This document shows positions 1 to 11,692 of a stretch of 64,000 nucleotides of DNA, in pieces. The stretch comes from Eledone cirrhosa (Eukaryota): assembly GCA_964016885.1 (NCBI GenBank), contig OZ024741.1, positions 75,516,001 to 75,580,000 on the forward strand, written 5' to 3'. The notes under the pieces are model-generated. The model did not search any database. It saw only the letters and a program-made list of their open reading frames with translations, and was not told the origin of the DNA. Position numbers and translations under genes: made by a program. The first letter of the stretch is position 1. The number at the start of each line of letters is the position of its first letter.

Positions 1-179
1 GTATAAAAGACAGTGAGAGGTGGAGGAGACATAGTAAATGTGAAAGGGAGAGTGGGAGGGATATTGAGAAACAAGTGAGAGAGAGTAAGGGTCGCAGAGA
101 TACATACAGGGACAGGGAGTGAGAGATACATACCAACAATAGGAAATAGAATTGGAAGTGGTAAGAGAGAGATAGATTA

Positions 180-556
180 GCTGAGAGTGAGAGAGAGAGT
201 GAGAGAGGTTAGCAGAGAGAGAGAGAGAGTGAGAGAGAGAGTGAGAGAGAGAGTGAGAGAGGTTAGCAGAGAGAGAGAGAGAGTGAGAGAGAGAGTGAGA
301 GAGAGAGTGAGAGAGGTTAGCAGAGAGAGAGAGAGAGAGAGACAGGCAGACAGACAGACAGAGGCAGAGAGAGGGGGGCACAAACAGAGACAGATAAAGA
401 GTCACAGAGAGAGATAAATATATACTGAGAGAGATGCAGAGAGAAAGAGGAAGAGAGAGAGAGATTTATATTCAGAGACAGAGAAATATATATACAGGGA
501 CCCAGAGACACTTATACAGAGAGAGAGAGAGAAAGAGACATACTCAGAGAGAGAGG

Positions 557-592
<36 letters not shown>

Positions 593-640
593 CATACAGA
601 GAGAGAGAAAGAGAGAGACACATACAGAGAGAGAGAAAAA
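180..640. repeat. (AG)n-rich compound microsatellite
   Basis: Long GA runs with a repeated gaggttagcagagagag sub-unit; explains the RE/SL low-complexity ORFs. Confidence 0.95.
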
Positions 641-734
641 CCAAGAAACATACCAACAAAAAGAAATACAAGTGAAAATTAGAATCCAATAACGTTTATG
701 GTTTCAAACTTGTAGTAAAATTGTTTTCTTCTCT

Positions 735-737
735 CTA

Positions 738-796
<59 letters not shown>

Positions 797-882
797 CTCT
801 ATCCCCCTCTCTCTCTCTCTCGCTCTCTCTCCCCCCTCTCTCTCTCTCTCGCTCTCTATCCCCCTCTCTCTCTCTCTCTCTC
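735..882. repeat. (CT)n microsatellite
   Basis: Near-pure ct run. Confidence 0.95.
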
Positions 883-911
883 AAAACAGTTTCCAGCAAC
901 ATTATAGAAGG

Positions 912-3900
912 TATCTTTATTAGCCACAAGGGCGTACAAAAATGGGATATTACAAGACGTGACGGCAGGGGTTTTACATAAAAATAACCTTAACATTAAT
1001 AAATAACAATAAACTATATATAATAAAATAACAATTGAAATCCCAATAGGGGGGAACGTTACTGCAGGGTTGTTTTACACCCCGTGGATAGAACAACTCT
1101 CAACACCAGGAACACATTTTGTAGGTGTTCCTGTCTTCCCTCTGTTTATCTTCCTCAACCTACAGGTTTATATACAGAGAAGGCCCATTCACTCGGACCA
1201 TTTTCGCCACATTCACCCACCTTTCAGTGAATTTACTGGGGTGTATCACCTCTCTCTCCACTTCACCTTCCTTCTGAAGTGGTACTTAAAGAAGGGGATG
1301 AGTTGTTGTCCGGAGAGAAAGGTGTTTGCCCTCAGTCCTTTTAACCTCTTCCGCCATAGCCACCAGACAGAGGGAAACCGCCTCTCCTTCGTTCTTAAAT
1401 GAAGGCGGCGGGGTGATGCTCACGATGGACTCGGCTGACAACTGGATGCGTCCCACATGTGACAGTAGCTGTTTGACATAATTCCACAGGTCGTCACCCC
1501 TGGGCACTTAACAATTGCGTGCAAAACGGTTTCGATGTCCTGATCGCATCTTGGACAGGTCCTTTTGGCAGGATCTCTTCCAGGGCGTCTGTGCCTGTAG
1601 ATTTTGTCTCGAACTGGTAGAGCTCCTCGATAGCACTGCCAGGCCAGAGACCTCTGGAAGTTATCCATAGGCCCTGGACGGAAAGTCTTTCCGAACAGAC
1701 TGGTCAGTTCGTCCTCTTCGATGCCTAGAGTTTCCCCGAGAACGTCGTCACACTTATCCTCCACTAATCCCCTATAGAATGTCGAAGTGGAGTCTCCGCT
1801 GATTGCCGTTTCCGCTTGGTAGAGGGCTGTGAGCGCCTGTAGGCACTCGAGGTGCCAGGCACCCATTTTCGGTCTTTGCTTGACCCAGGACTGCAGCTCT
1901 GTTAGTGAGACGAGTTGTGGAAGAGCTTGTCTCACAAACGACAGTCACACCGGCTCCCCGGTCAGAAATATCTGAAAATGGCGTAGCCTCAGCGCGTGTT
2001 TGCGCATGCCCTGCCCTCCATTAGAAGGGTGTTGACAGCAGATGGATCTCCTCACCAATGGAGCCTGTTTCTTCCAGAGGAACTTGGAGAGTAGGCATTT
2101 CATTTTGTTAACCTATTCGCGAGGGCAAGGCACGACTGTCAAGTGGTAGTAGATGAAGGACGCTGTGGAAGTGTTCGCCACCTCCACTCGTCCTTTCAAG
2201 GAGAGTTTGCACTCAACCCACTTCTGGGTGAGTGCAAACACCTTTGCCATGACCTCGTTCCAGTTCTTGTCCACCTGGAGGTCTGGACCAAACCAGACCC
2301 CGAGCAATTTCACCGGTCCTTCCGTCCAGAGTCCAACGACACTGTCGGAAGGCATGGGTTTGCCTCTCCATGTGCCGAGTTGCAAACCGACAGACTTGTT
2401 GGGATTTAGTCTTGCTCCTGTCAATGTTTCGTATTCCTGTAATAGGTTGCTGATTACCCCGATTTCCGAGGTTTTCGACACCATTACCGCTATGCCGTCG
2501 GCATAGGCAGACGCTGTTTTCCGCAGTCCTGGTTCGATCAGGGTGCCCTGCAACAGCTCCAACTTCCGCAGTAACGGCTCGAGATTCAGTACATACAGAA
2601 TGTAGGAGAGAGGGCATCCCTGATGGATGGAACGCATGATTTGGAATGGCTCTGATAGGTAGCCATTCACCTTGACTGCCGAGCAGATGCTGGTGTGCAT
2701 GGCAGCGATCCAGCCTCTGAAAATGGGACCGAAGCGGTCTACTGCCAGTCGCAGTAGACCGCTTCGAGGACGCCAGAGAACAAGTCTGGCATGCCTATGT
2801 AAAACTCATAGGGTAGACCATCTAAACCGAGTGACTTGTGTTTCCCGCAGCGGCCTAGGGTATCTTCTATTTTGCCCGCTGTGATCGGCCTTTCGCAGCT
2901 CACTGCATCCGTGTTCGAGAGTCGCGGTACGCCGTCGAGGTAGGAGCTGAAGTCCATCACATCGCTCGACGTACCGTTTTGTCCGAACAGTTATGCAAAA
3001 TGCTGCTGGAAGGCTGTGCACATCTGCTTGGATTCAAATATAATGCGTCCATCTTTGTCTTGCAAAGACTGAATTGTGGATTTGTTGCACTTTTCGCCTC
3101 TGCCACTGGGGCCCAGCTAACAGTTTTGGCGTCCTCGTTTCTTATAGCACGTGTTCTCCTTCTGACAATACAACCTTCGTGTTTCATGTTGAAGAACTGG
3201 TCTAGTGCCGTTCTCGCCGCTAGCACCTCAGCTGTACTGCCATTCCCAAGTGCCTCTTCTATTGTAGCTACCAGTTCCTTTTCAGTTTTGTTTTTTCTAA
3301 AGCTACTTCCTTGCTAAATGCTATTGATTCTATTCTAATTGCTCTCTTGAGAGAGTTCCACCACCTGTTGTTGACGATCTCGCCCGTCAACTGGCACTTA
3401 ACTAAGGTGCTAATCCGTTTACTGTAGGCCTTACGCGACGGGAGCGACATGTTTAGCTTCCAGTATCCGGGTCCCTGTCTATGTGTTCTATCAAGGTTGA
3501 CTACGCAGGTGACTAATTTGTGGTCTGAATAGGCAATCATGTGCATTTGTGGACAGCTTAATGTTTCCTTATCATTCTGTCTATTTAAAAATCTATCTAA
3601 ATACGATCTAGAAGACCTAGGGCGGTTGCTCCACGTCCACAGTGGTGCACTTGGGAAATCAAGTCGATATCTATCAACCAGTTGGAATTGGCTGATGAGA
3701 TTTTTGAGGCTATTACACCCACCCCACCCACCCTCTATTATCACAAGCTCCTACATAGTCCCAACGTGCGTCTAAGATGCCATTCCAGTCCCCCGTTAAC
3801 ACTAAGGAGTGAGACGTTCCCAGGAATGGCTCCAGACGCTTGAAGAACTCCGGCCACTAGTCTGAAAGCTCCACCTTCACTACCATTCACGTCCAGGACC

Positions 3901-5700
3901 ACCAGGCTGCCCTCCGGGTCCAAGTGAATCGTCTGTATTTTGAGATCCAAGTTTTTTTGAAACAGAACAGCAACTTCCCCTCCACCTCCTGGCTGACAGA
4001 GAGATGCGTAGATCTCAAAATCATCGAACATGCGGGTTAGTTGCTTCTTGTCGTGAATCCTGGACTCGGTGATGGCTATCACATCTATACAATGTGACCT
4101 GAGATCATTTAAAAGCTGGCCCTGTTTCCAGGACATGCCCAGGCCACGTACATTCAAACATCCAGCTTGTATAGTCGCCATGTTGGTGAAGAAGAGTTAA
4201 GGAGAGAAAAGGCAGGAACACTTACTTTTTCGTTTCCTGGAGGTCGGGTTGTTAGATCTCCATGTCCAGATTGGAGGCATTTGGGGAGGGAGGGAATCCT
4301 TTTATCAGGACACGGTTAAGGGGCTTTTGGCAAGGGGGGCCTACATCATGTGGGAAGTTCTCTTTTAAAGTTTCATACTGTAGGGTTGTTACACTGATAA
4401 GTTTGAGGTTTGGGGTGGGTCGTTGGTGAGGAAGGTTTTCCCTTCCGTTTGTATTGTGGGGTCCTTTCAGACAGTTTCCACCAGTTATTTGTTTCTTGTT
4501 TTTATGTATGTGTAATGTGTTTTGTTTTTTGTGTACTGTTTCTGTTTGTAGTTTTCTTTTTGTGGTTGGGGTTTGTGATTGCGGTGGTGTAGTTGTTTGT
4601 TTTGTTGGTGAAGTGTTTGGTTGTGTTGGTGGTGATTGTGTTGTTGGTGTGTTTGTCGTTTGGGGTGGTGTGTTTATGGTGGGGTTGGGTGTGTGCGTGT
4701 TTTCTGTAGATGTGTTTGTGTCTTTTTTTTGTCTCTTTTTTGTTTTTTGGATTTTTGGTGTTCCTCTTCATTCTCACTTGGGGATGTAGAGGTTCCCGTG
4801 TCTGAGACTTCTGAATCAGGGGTAGATGGGAGGGGTTTGTTGTGTGGTGGAGTGTTTGTGCAGGTGTTTGTGGAAGTATTTGACAGGGAGGGAGGAGGAA
4901 ATGAAGGGTTTTTCAGTGGGATTTTGTGTGTGTGGTTGTCTCTAGTCTGTGTTGGGAGTGGATTTTGCAGGTTTTTGTGTTGTGTTTGGTTTGGGGTGTT
5001 GATGTTGGGGTTTTGGTGTTGGTAATAACACCTTGTTTGTCCTCGGTTTGTTTAAGACAGGGCAAAAGGCTTTTAAGTGTGTGGTTTTCCCACATTTATG
5101 GCACTGAGGTCTTTTCCCCTCCACTAAAATGGAGATGACATCTTCAAGGACGATCCTGTCCGGTATTTTCTCAACTCTCTCTGGCCTCATTTGTACCAGA
5201 ACCTCGATGCAGGTTCCAAACCAGTTATTCCGGTCTGTCCTGTCTACAGATAGGAGGGTGGAGGTATGTGTATGTGTGGGGTGTCTCCCTCAAACGTCAC
5301 ATATTGGGACGTCAAATATTGGGACTTTTAGGAAATGTCCATGAAGTAATATTTAAAATCCTGTTGCTTAGCAACAGGTGCTGCAAATGAAATGTTGTTG
5401 TTGTTGTTGGTGGTGGTGATGATGGTCTCATTCGTTGTGTTTTCGCTGCTTCCTTTTGTTGTGTTGTTGTTCTCATTTATTGTGTTGTTGTTGTTGTTGC
5501 TTGTGGAGGTGTTAGTATTTGCTACATATACTTCCTTCTGTGTGTGGATACATGTGGCGTTTGTGACGCCAGATGTGTTCAGTTGCTTACAAGCAGCTGA
5601 AGATTGTTCCTCTTCTAAACGGTTGGCATTCCTTTGTCCATGTCTGCTACTACCTGCTGGTCAAGTAGGCATGGCTTTCCCTTCCATCTTGTCTTGACAA
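912..5700 (-). mobile_element. Decayed near-full-length Tx1/L1-clade LINE, relative of 46800-52513
   Basis: ORF2 fragments: MATIQAGCLNVRGLG (3741-4181), SDHKLV..GPGYWKLN (3268-3744), QGCPLS..YADG (2113-2700), CPRC..HAIVKC (1420-1935). ORF1 knuckle CHKCGKTTHLKAFC (4942-5190). AATAAA on the - strand near 915-920. Frameshifts and an internal RT deletion near 2737. Confidence 0.93.
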
Positions 5701-5819
5701 AGAAACAGCTTCAACCTAAGATATCACAAAGAAAATAAAATAAAGGGTAAAATCTTAATAAACAAAAGAAATAACAACAGCACTAGTAGTAAGAATAATA
5801 ATAATGATGATGAAGATTT

Positions 5820-6012
5820 CTAATTTATGCACAAAGTCAAACATTTTTTTTAGGTGAGGAGTTGATAACATCAATGCCAGTACTTTTCTGGCACTTTATT
5901 TTATAGACCCCAAAGGATGAAAGGCAAAGTTGACCACAATGGGATTAGAACACAAAGAGCAGAAAGAAATACTGTAAAGCATTTTATCCAATGCTCTAAT
6001 GATTCTGTTCCA
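5820..6012 (-). mobile_element. Degenerate tRNA-derived SINE (same family as 52829-53014)
   Basis: Core ttatttta(t)..gacccc..aaggatgaaaggcaaagtt shared with the other copies. Confidence 0.65.
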
Positions 6013-6019
6013 TTGGCAA

Positions 6020-6322
6020 TGCAATGTAAGTGTGAGAGAGAGTAGGAATTTGAAGGAGAATCTGGGTTTAAGAGGAATTCGAGGTAGTGTACAAGAGAGA
6101 AGACTGTTGGTTTAAACATGTAATGTGCATGGATAATGATCATTGGGTGAAGAGGTACCAGGAAACGCCAATGGAAGAAAGTTGCAGTAGAGGTAGACCA
6201 AGAAAGACCGGGGCAGAGGTTGAGAGAGCTGACTTCAAGTCACTGAGACTCGCAGAGGTGATGACAAAGGATCACCACATGTGAAGAGATGTTGTGCTGA
6301 AAAGGACCCGTCCAACCCATGC
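6020..6322 (+). mobile_element. RTE LINE 3' fragment
   Basis: Translates ..WFKHVMCMDND..RGRPRKT.., like the C-terminus of the RTE at 38105-41197. Confidence 0.7.
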
Positions 6323-6761
6323 ATATTGTAATGGAGTTATTTCTAGGCTATTGTAACTCCATTACAATATGGTAGACTGAGTGAGTTGGTGTCACTTGAC
6401 TTAATAGATTCCTATCTTTGTTTTCAATTGAAATGCCTTCTGGTTTATTATATACCTTTTTATTTCACTGCTGACTGTCTTGCTACAGTGTTAAACCCAA
6501 CTGAACTTGAGTATCTGCATAATGCCATTATTGTAATTGATTATACATAACTCATCCCATGGACTGAGAGCTCTAAATCCTTGGATATGTATACCAAGAT
6601 TTTACTACAGTATATATATATATTTATATCATCATCACTTTTATATCAATTTTTCCATACTGGTATTGATTGGATAAGACTTTTAGTCACCTCTTCAGTT
6701 TGCAAGGTAGAGCACTTGACGAAGTGCGCAGGTGGGTTTGTTTACTCCGAAGTATATTTAT

Positions 6762-6865
6762 AAACATGAAGTATAAGTCAACAGGTTTAAATTAACTGTG
6801 TTTATTCATAGTCGACTATGAATAAACAAAGTTAATTTTAACCTACTGACTTATACTTCATGTTT
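6762..6865. repeat. ~52-bp-arm imperfect palindrome centred on GTCGAC (6811-6816)
   Basis: aaacatgaagtataagtca...tgacttatacttcatgttt, with no spacer. Confidence 0.9.
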
Positions 6866-7235
6866 CATCATCATCATCATCATCATCATCATCGTTTAAC
6901 GTCCATCTTCCACGTTTGCATGGGTTTGGACAGGAGTTTTCCCACTTGAGGCAAGATTGGTTGTCCTGCTCGTATAGGACTGTCTGGCGGGTTTTCTACG
7001 GCTGATGCCCTTCCTAACACCAACCACGTTTACAGTGTGGACTGAGAGGTTTTTACCGTGTTACCTACACAGCCACATTACAGCGTGGACTGTGTGTTTT
7101 TTTGTTGTGACACCTACACGCCTCATTTGTTTCGGACTGGATGTTGTGGTACCAACATAACTTCACATTGAAGGGGGTGGTGTGGATGGGGGGGGGTAGT
7201 GGGACAGGGGTGTATTTTTGTTAGAGGTGCCTACT
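6866..7235 (-). mobile_element. RTE 3'-UTR fragment with (ATG)n tail
   Basis: (catc/atc)n followed by gtttaacgtccatcttccacg..gatgcccttcctaacaccaacc, matching the 3' end of the element at 40800-41197. Confidence 0.85.
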
Positions 7236-7418
7236 ATATTATATTATATATATGGTATTAGGATTGGTGCTCTGAAATAGCGATGTATACATGAATGTAT
7301 GTATAGTATGTTTGGCAATATACCGCATCTTTAATTAAAACATTTAGAAGACCATACACTATCAGTTTTAAAGTAGTGACTATGTCACTTACTTCTTTTC
7401 GGCGAAAGACGGAAGTGA

Positions 7419-7460
7419 AGCTGACTGTCTGTTTCATGCTGGTTGGCGATCATCAGAGCC
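7419..7460 (-). ncRNA. Minimal type I hammerhead ribozyme
   Basis: - strand reads ggct CTGATGA tcgc caacca gcat GAAAC agaca GTC agct; stems II and III are weak in this copy. Confidence 0.7.
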
Positions 7461-7864
7461 ACGTACTCACCTGCTTTCTCAAAAAATTATAGAAGCTGGA
7501 TTCTTATAGAATTCTTTATTATAAAGAATTTATTATAAAGAATTATAGAATTATTTTCGCCAACCAACCAGCATGAAGCAGACTGTCAGCTTCTCTCCCT
7601 TCTTTCACCAAAAAGCAGTAAGTGACATAGTCACTACTTTAAAACTGATAGCGTATGGTCTTCTAAATGTTTTTAATTAAACATATGGTATATTGCCAAA
7701 TATACTATACATACATTCATGTATACATCGCTATTTCAGAGCACCAATCCTAATGCCTAATTTTTGCTGGACCGGCAATCGCTCTGTATAATCAGCTCCT
7801 GATTATTACTGGAATTCTATAAGAATCCAGCTTCTTTAATTTCGGCGAAAGCAGGGGAGTACGT

Positions 7865-7906
7865 GGCTCTGATTATCGCCAACCAGCGTGAAACAGACTG
7901 TCAGCT
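7865..7906 (+). ncRNA. Hammerhead copy with core mutation G8U, probably inactive
   Basis: ggct CTGATTA tcgc caacca gcgt GAAA cag a ctg TC agct. Confidence 0.6.
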
Positions 7907-8026
7907 TCTCTCCCTTCTTTCGCTGAAAAGAAGTAAGTGACATAGTCACTACTTTAAAATTGATAGCGTATGATCTAAATGTTTTTAATTAAACATACGG
8001 TATATTGCCAAATATACTATACATAC

Positions 8027-8575
8027 ATCATCATCATCGTTTAACATCCATATTCCACGCTTGCATGGGTTTGGACAGGAGTTTTCCCACTTGAGGCAAG
8101 AGTGTTGTCTTGCTCGCATAGGACTGTCTGGCGGGTTTTCTACGGCTGGATGCCCTTCCTAACACCAACCACGTTTACAGTGTGGAACTGGGAGGTTTTT
8201 ACCGTGTTACCTACACAGCCACATTACAGCGTGGACTGTGTGTTTTTTGTCGTGACACCTACACGATCTCATTTGTTTCGGCCTGGATGTTGTGGTACCA
8301 ACATAACTTTACATTGAAGGGGCGGTGTGGATGGGGTGGGGGTAGTGGGACGGGGGTGTATTTTTTTAGAGGTGCCTACTGACTGTAGTAGGTTTTACTT
8401 TGTATTTAGGTAAGGCGGGTCTTCTCTATTACTGTGTAGCGCCAAAGATCTCGGTCCAGTGACATTGTCTTGGAGAGGTGTAAGTGTGTGAGGTCGGAAT
8501 TTATCAAGTTGTCCCAGGTTTTTCTGGGTCTGCCTACTCGGTGGCTACCGTCTATTTTTATTGCCCTGCACTTTT
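8027..8575 (-). mobile_element. RTE 3' end (ORF C-terminus plus 3' UTR)
   Basis: Matches the reverse complement of ~40630-41190. Confidence 0.88.
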
Positions 8576-8606
8576 TTTATATATACATACATTCATATAT
8601 ATATAT

Positions 8607-8815
8607 ATCATCATCATCATTTTACGTCCGATTTTATGAACTGATTCTGGCTTGATTTCTACAGCTGGATGCCCTTCCTAACACCAACCTCATTTACAGT
8701 GAGTGCTGGGTGCTTCTTTTCCATGGCGCCTACACGTCCACTTTGCAGTGGAATGATAGGGACTCCAGTCACTATCATCTCATTTCTACAGCTGAGTAAA
8801 CTGGAGCAATGTGAT
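8607..8815 (-). mobile_element. SINE fragment sharing the RTE 3' tail
   Basis: Reverse complement of the 34795-35070 SINE body. Confidence 0.75.
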
Positions 8816-8902
8816 ATATATTATAAGGGACAACTGATCCGGAATGAAATGCTCAATGACATATATAAATAGTAGAATTCGGAGCATTATGGAATATTAA
8901 AT

Positions 8903-9256
8903 GCATCAAAGGCTATATGTAGTTCTGTGTAGGTTTATTTTCATCTCCTTTATATATATTTTGCTGGGGTCAGCAGCTTAGTAGTGCTCTCCCTACCCAC
9001 TCCATCAGCTCAAGCTCATGATTATAAAAATATTGAAACAATTTCAAACAACCGTAACATTCTTTTTATGATATGGGGGGGGGGGGGGGGACCAGCGGTT
9101 TGTATTATTGGTTGTATGTATGCTGGCCCCACCATCTGACAAGCTCAGGGTGATGGAGTGAGTAAGAAAAACACTACTTAGCCGTCAGCCTCAGCAAAAT
9201 ATATATCATAGAGATGAACATATACCTAGATACAACTAGATATGGCTTTTGATGTA
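8903..9256. repeat. Old imperfect inverted repeat, arms ~8903-9018 and ~9141-9256
   Basis: catcaaaggctatat..atatatattttgctggggtc versus cctcagcaaaatatatat..atatggcttttgatg. Confidence 0.65.
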
Positions 9257-10169
9257 CTGTATATGCTGGTATACAAGTTGATCCGGCACATAGGTCAACC
9301 CCTAAAATTCTGAGATGTAATTCAGGTTTAGGCCTATATTCGCCAGATATGCTGACCCCCAAAATATAAGGCAGTACCATCTCTCCAGCCATTCTTTATT
9401 TGCACATGGAAATAAACACTAAATAGTTGTAAAATAAAAATGCATGTGAAGAAAATACAATTTGTAAAATTTATCTGAACTGATATTATTATAATCTCTA
9501 CATTAAATAGACTTAACAAATATGAGATTCAGTAGGAAATAATTGTGGTGGGCTGGTAGTGTTGTGGTAAGTGTTATACAAGGAATGTTAGGCAGGCAGT
9601 TTCACTATTTACCCCTTAGTGTTTTTCTTTTTCCTTTTGCACACCAATGGATATTGCTATATATACATATTGCACCTACATGGATTTTTGCACATACTTT
9701 TGAATTTATTTCGACTGACTTGCATTTTTCTAACCGTTTTGTTAAGCATTCTTTGGACTTTGGATATTTTCATCACTACAACATATGGATCTATACAAAA
9801 TTACTTATTCAACCACAAATATACTGACACCTACCAACACCTCTTACACCAAAATGCTTCTTGAAAAAGTAAATGTTGTATGTAGATTGGGGTAGAAGGC
9901 TTTTCTGTTTGATGGTAAAATGGCCATCACTTCCACCAAAAATGTTAACATTAATTCCATTAAGTAGCCGCTCCCCCCCCCCCATTCCTTCTCTTCCCAT
10001 GAGGTAAGGATAGCCCTGTTTGAAGCTAACCTATTAGATATAGTCGCAACCACAAAGTTCCATAAGTACCATAATCCTTTCCAATATACACTTGTAAAGG
10101 ACATTGAAAAATTCAAATCTGCATCAGCTGGAGTATGACCTTATATTGCATGACTGTAGACCCTCCTAT

Positions 10170-10530
10170 TTAGTAATGGGTAAAAAAATCTGACCCTCAT
10201 GATTCTTTTGACATCTCTATGGGGTCCTATGACAGTGCTGATGTTTGTAATCTTATCGGTTTATACATTCTTCATATGCTAAAGTCTAAATTCCCCAACC
10301 ATTCCTTTGGACTATACTGTGACAATAGTCTTTTATTTCCACCTTATTGTAACAGACAGACTCTGGACAGATTCCATAAAAATTTAATTGACACTTTTCG
10401 TGCACTAGGATTTAAAATTACAGTTGATACAAATCTTACTAATGCAAATTTCCTTGATGTATACTTAGTCCTAGCCACAGCTTCCTATAAACCATACTAG
10501 AAGCCTAACAAAAAATTGAAATATATTACT
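10170..10530 (+). pseudogene. Penelope-like (Neptune-type) RT remnant
   Basis: MGSYDSADVCNLIGLYIL..GLYCDNSL (decayed GLYRDD)..NFLDV..YKPY in ORF 10219-10500. Confidence 0.8.
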
Positions 10531-10539
10531 AAAGCCTTC

Positions 10540-11240
10540 CTTGGTGTAAAGTGCTCAAAGTCGATGGAAGTTATGGAGTGGGCAGGCCTATGAAGACTTG
10601 GGATGAAGTGATAAAAGCTGACCCTGCGCAATTGCACCTCTCAAACATGATGACACGGGACAGTGATCTCTTGTGCTATGCAATAATACAGAAGACTCAT
10701 CCTCCCATATGCAGGAGCTGAGGCATACATCTTGTATGCACCACCTTCCCTCCAATCCCCCCTCCCACACACCTCCAATGTTGTAATCACCCCCACCCTT
10801 ATATCTACCTCCCCAATTACCCATGCATCCCCAATCCACACCATAAAGCGACCATCCTGGAGCCACAACAATAAGTACCCAGCTCACATTGTAAAGTGAT
10901 CGTGTAGGTGTCACAACAAAAACTACCCACCCACACTGTAAAGTAATCATGCTGGTGACACGAAAAAAGTGTGAAGTGCATACTGTAAAGTGGTTGTGAA
11001 GGAGTCACGATTAAAAAGCACCCAATCCACACAGTAAAGTTGTTGTGTAGGTATCATGATAAAAAGCACCCAGTACACACTGTAAATATGATTGGCATTA
11101 GGAAGGGCATCCAGCCATAGAAACCAAGCCAAAATCAGTTCTGTGTGAGCAAAACACTGTCCCCCGACCTGGCTCTCTTACAACTGGACAACTCGTCTAA
11201 CCCATGCTAGCGTGGAAAATGGACATTAAATTATGATGAT
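10540..11240 (+). mobile_element. RTE 3' end with expanded ~47-bp 3'-UTR modules
   Basis: About five repeats of aaaaagcaccca..cacactgtaaagtg, then ttaggaagggcatccagc and an atg tail. Confidence 0.75.
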
Positions 11241-11274
11241 AATATATATATAACATAGGAAAGATGGAGGTTGT

Positions 11275-11692
11275 CACAATATATAATCCAAAAAGTGCCT
11301 ATAGCTTTACACCACAATATATAATCCAATAAGAGCCTATAGACCAACACCACAATATATAATCCAAAAAGTGCCTATAGCTCAGCACCACAATATATAA
11401 TCCAAAAAGTGCCTATAACTTGGCACCTCAATATATAATCTAAAAAGTGCCTATAGCTTAGCACCACAATATATAACCAATAAAAACCTATGGCTCAGCA
11501 CCACATTTATCATCATCATCATCAGTATCATTATCATCTTTATGTCTGCTTTTCCATATTTGCATGAGATGACAGGTCCTTTTAAGCACTGCTTTTCTGC
11601 ACTCGTTGCATTTCTTTGTCATCTCCATATATAATCCAAAATGATTCTATAGCTCAGCACCTCAGTATATCATTCAAAAAGAGTCTATAGTA
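11275..11692. repeat. 38-bp minisatellite (~6 + ~2 copies) interrupted by an RTE tail at ~11508-11625
   Basis: Unit cacaatatataatccaaaaagtgcctatagctcagcac, starts at 11275 and 11313. Confidence 0.9.

Larger units (their letters stand above)
7254..8028. mobile_element. Non-coding ~315-bp hammerhead-bearing unit: one inverted copy plus ~1.5 tandem copies
   Basis: 7254-~7513 is the reverse complement of the unit repeated at 7557-7757 and 7812-8028; gactgtcagc recurs at 7581 and 7896. Confidence 0.85.

Noticed and set aside
177-981. RE-/SL-repeat ORFs (also the YI, HT, CV and poly-R ORFs throughout)
   Set aside because: Translations of microsatellites, not genes.
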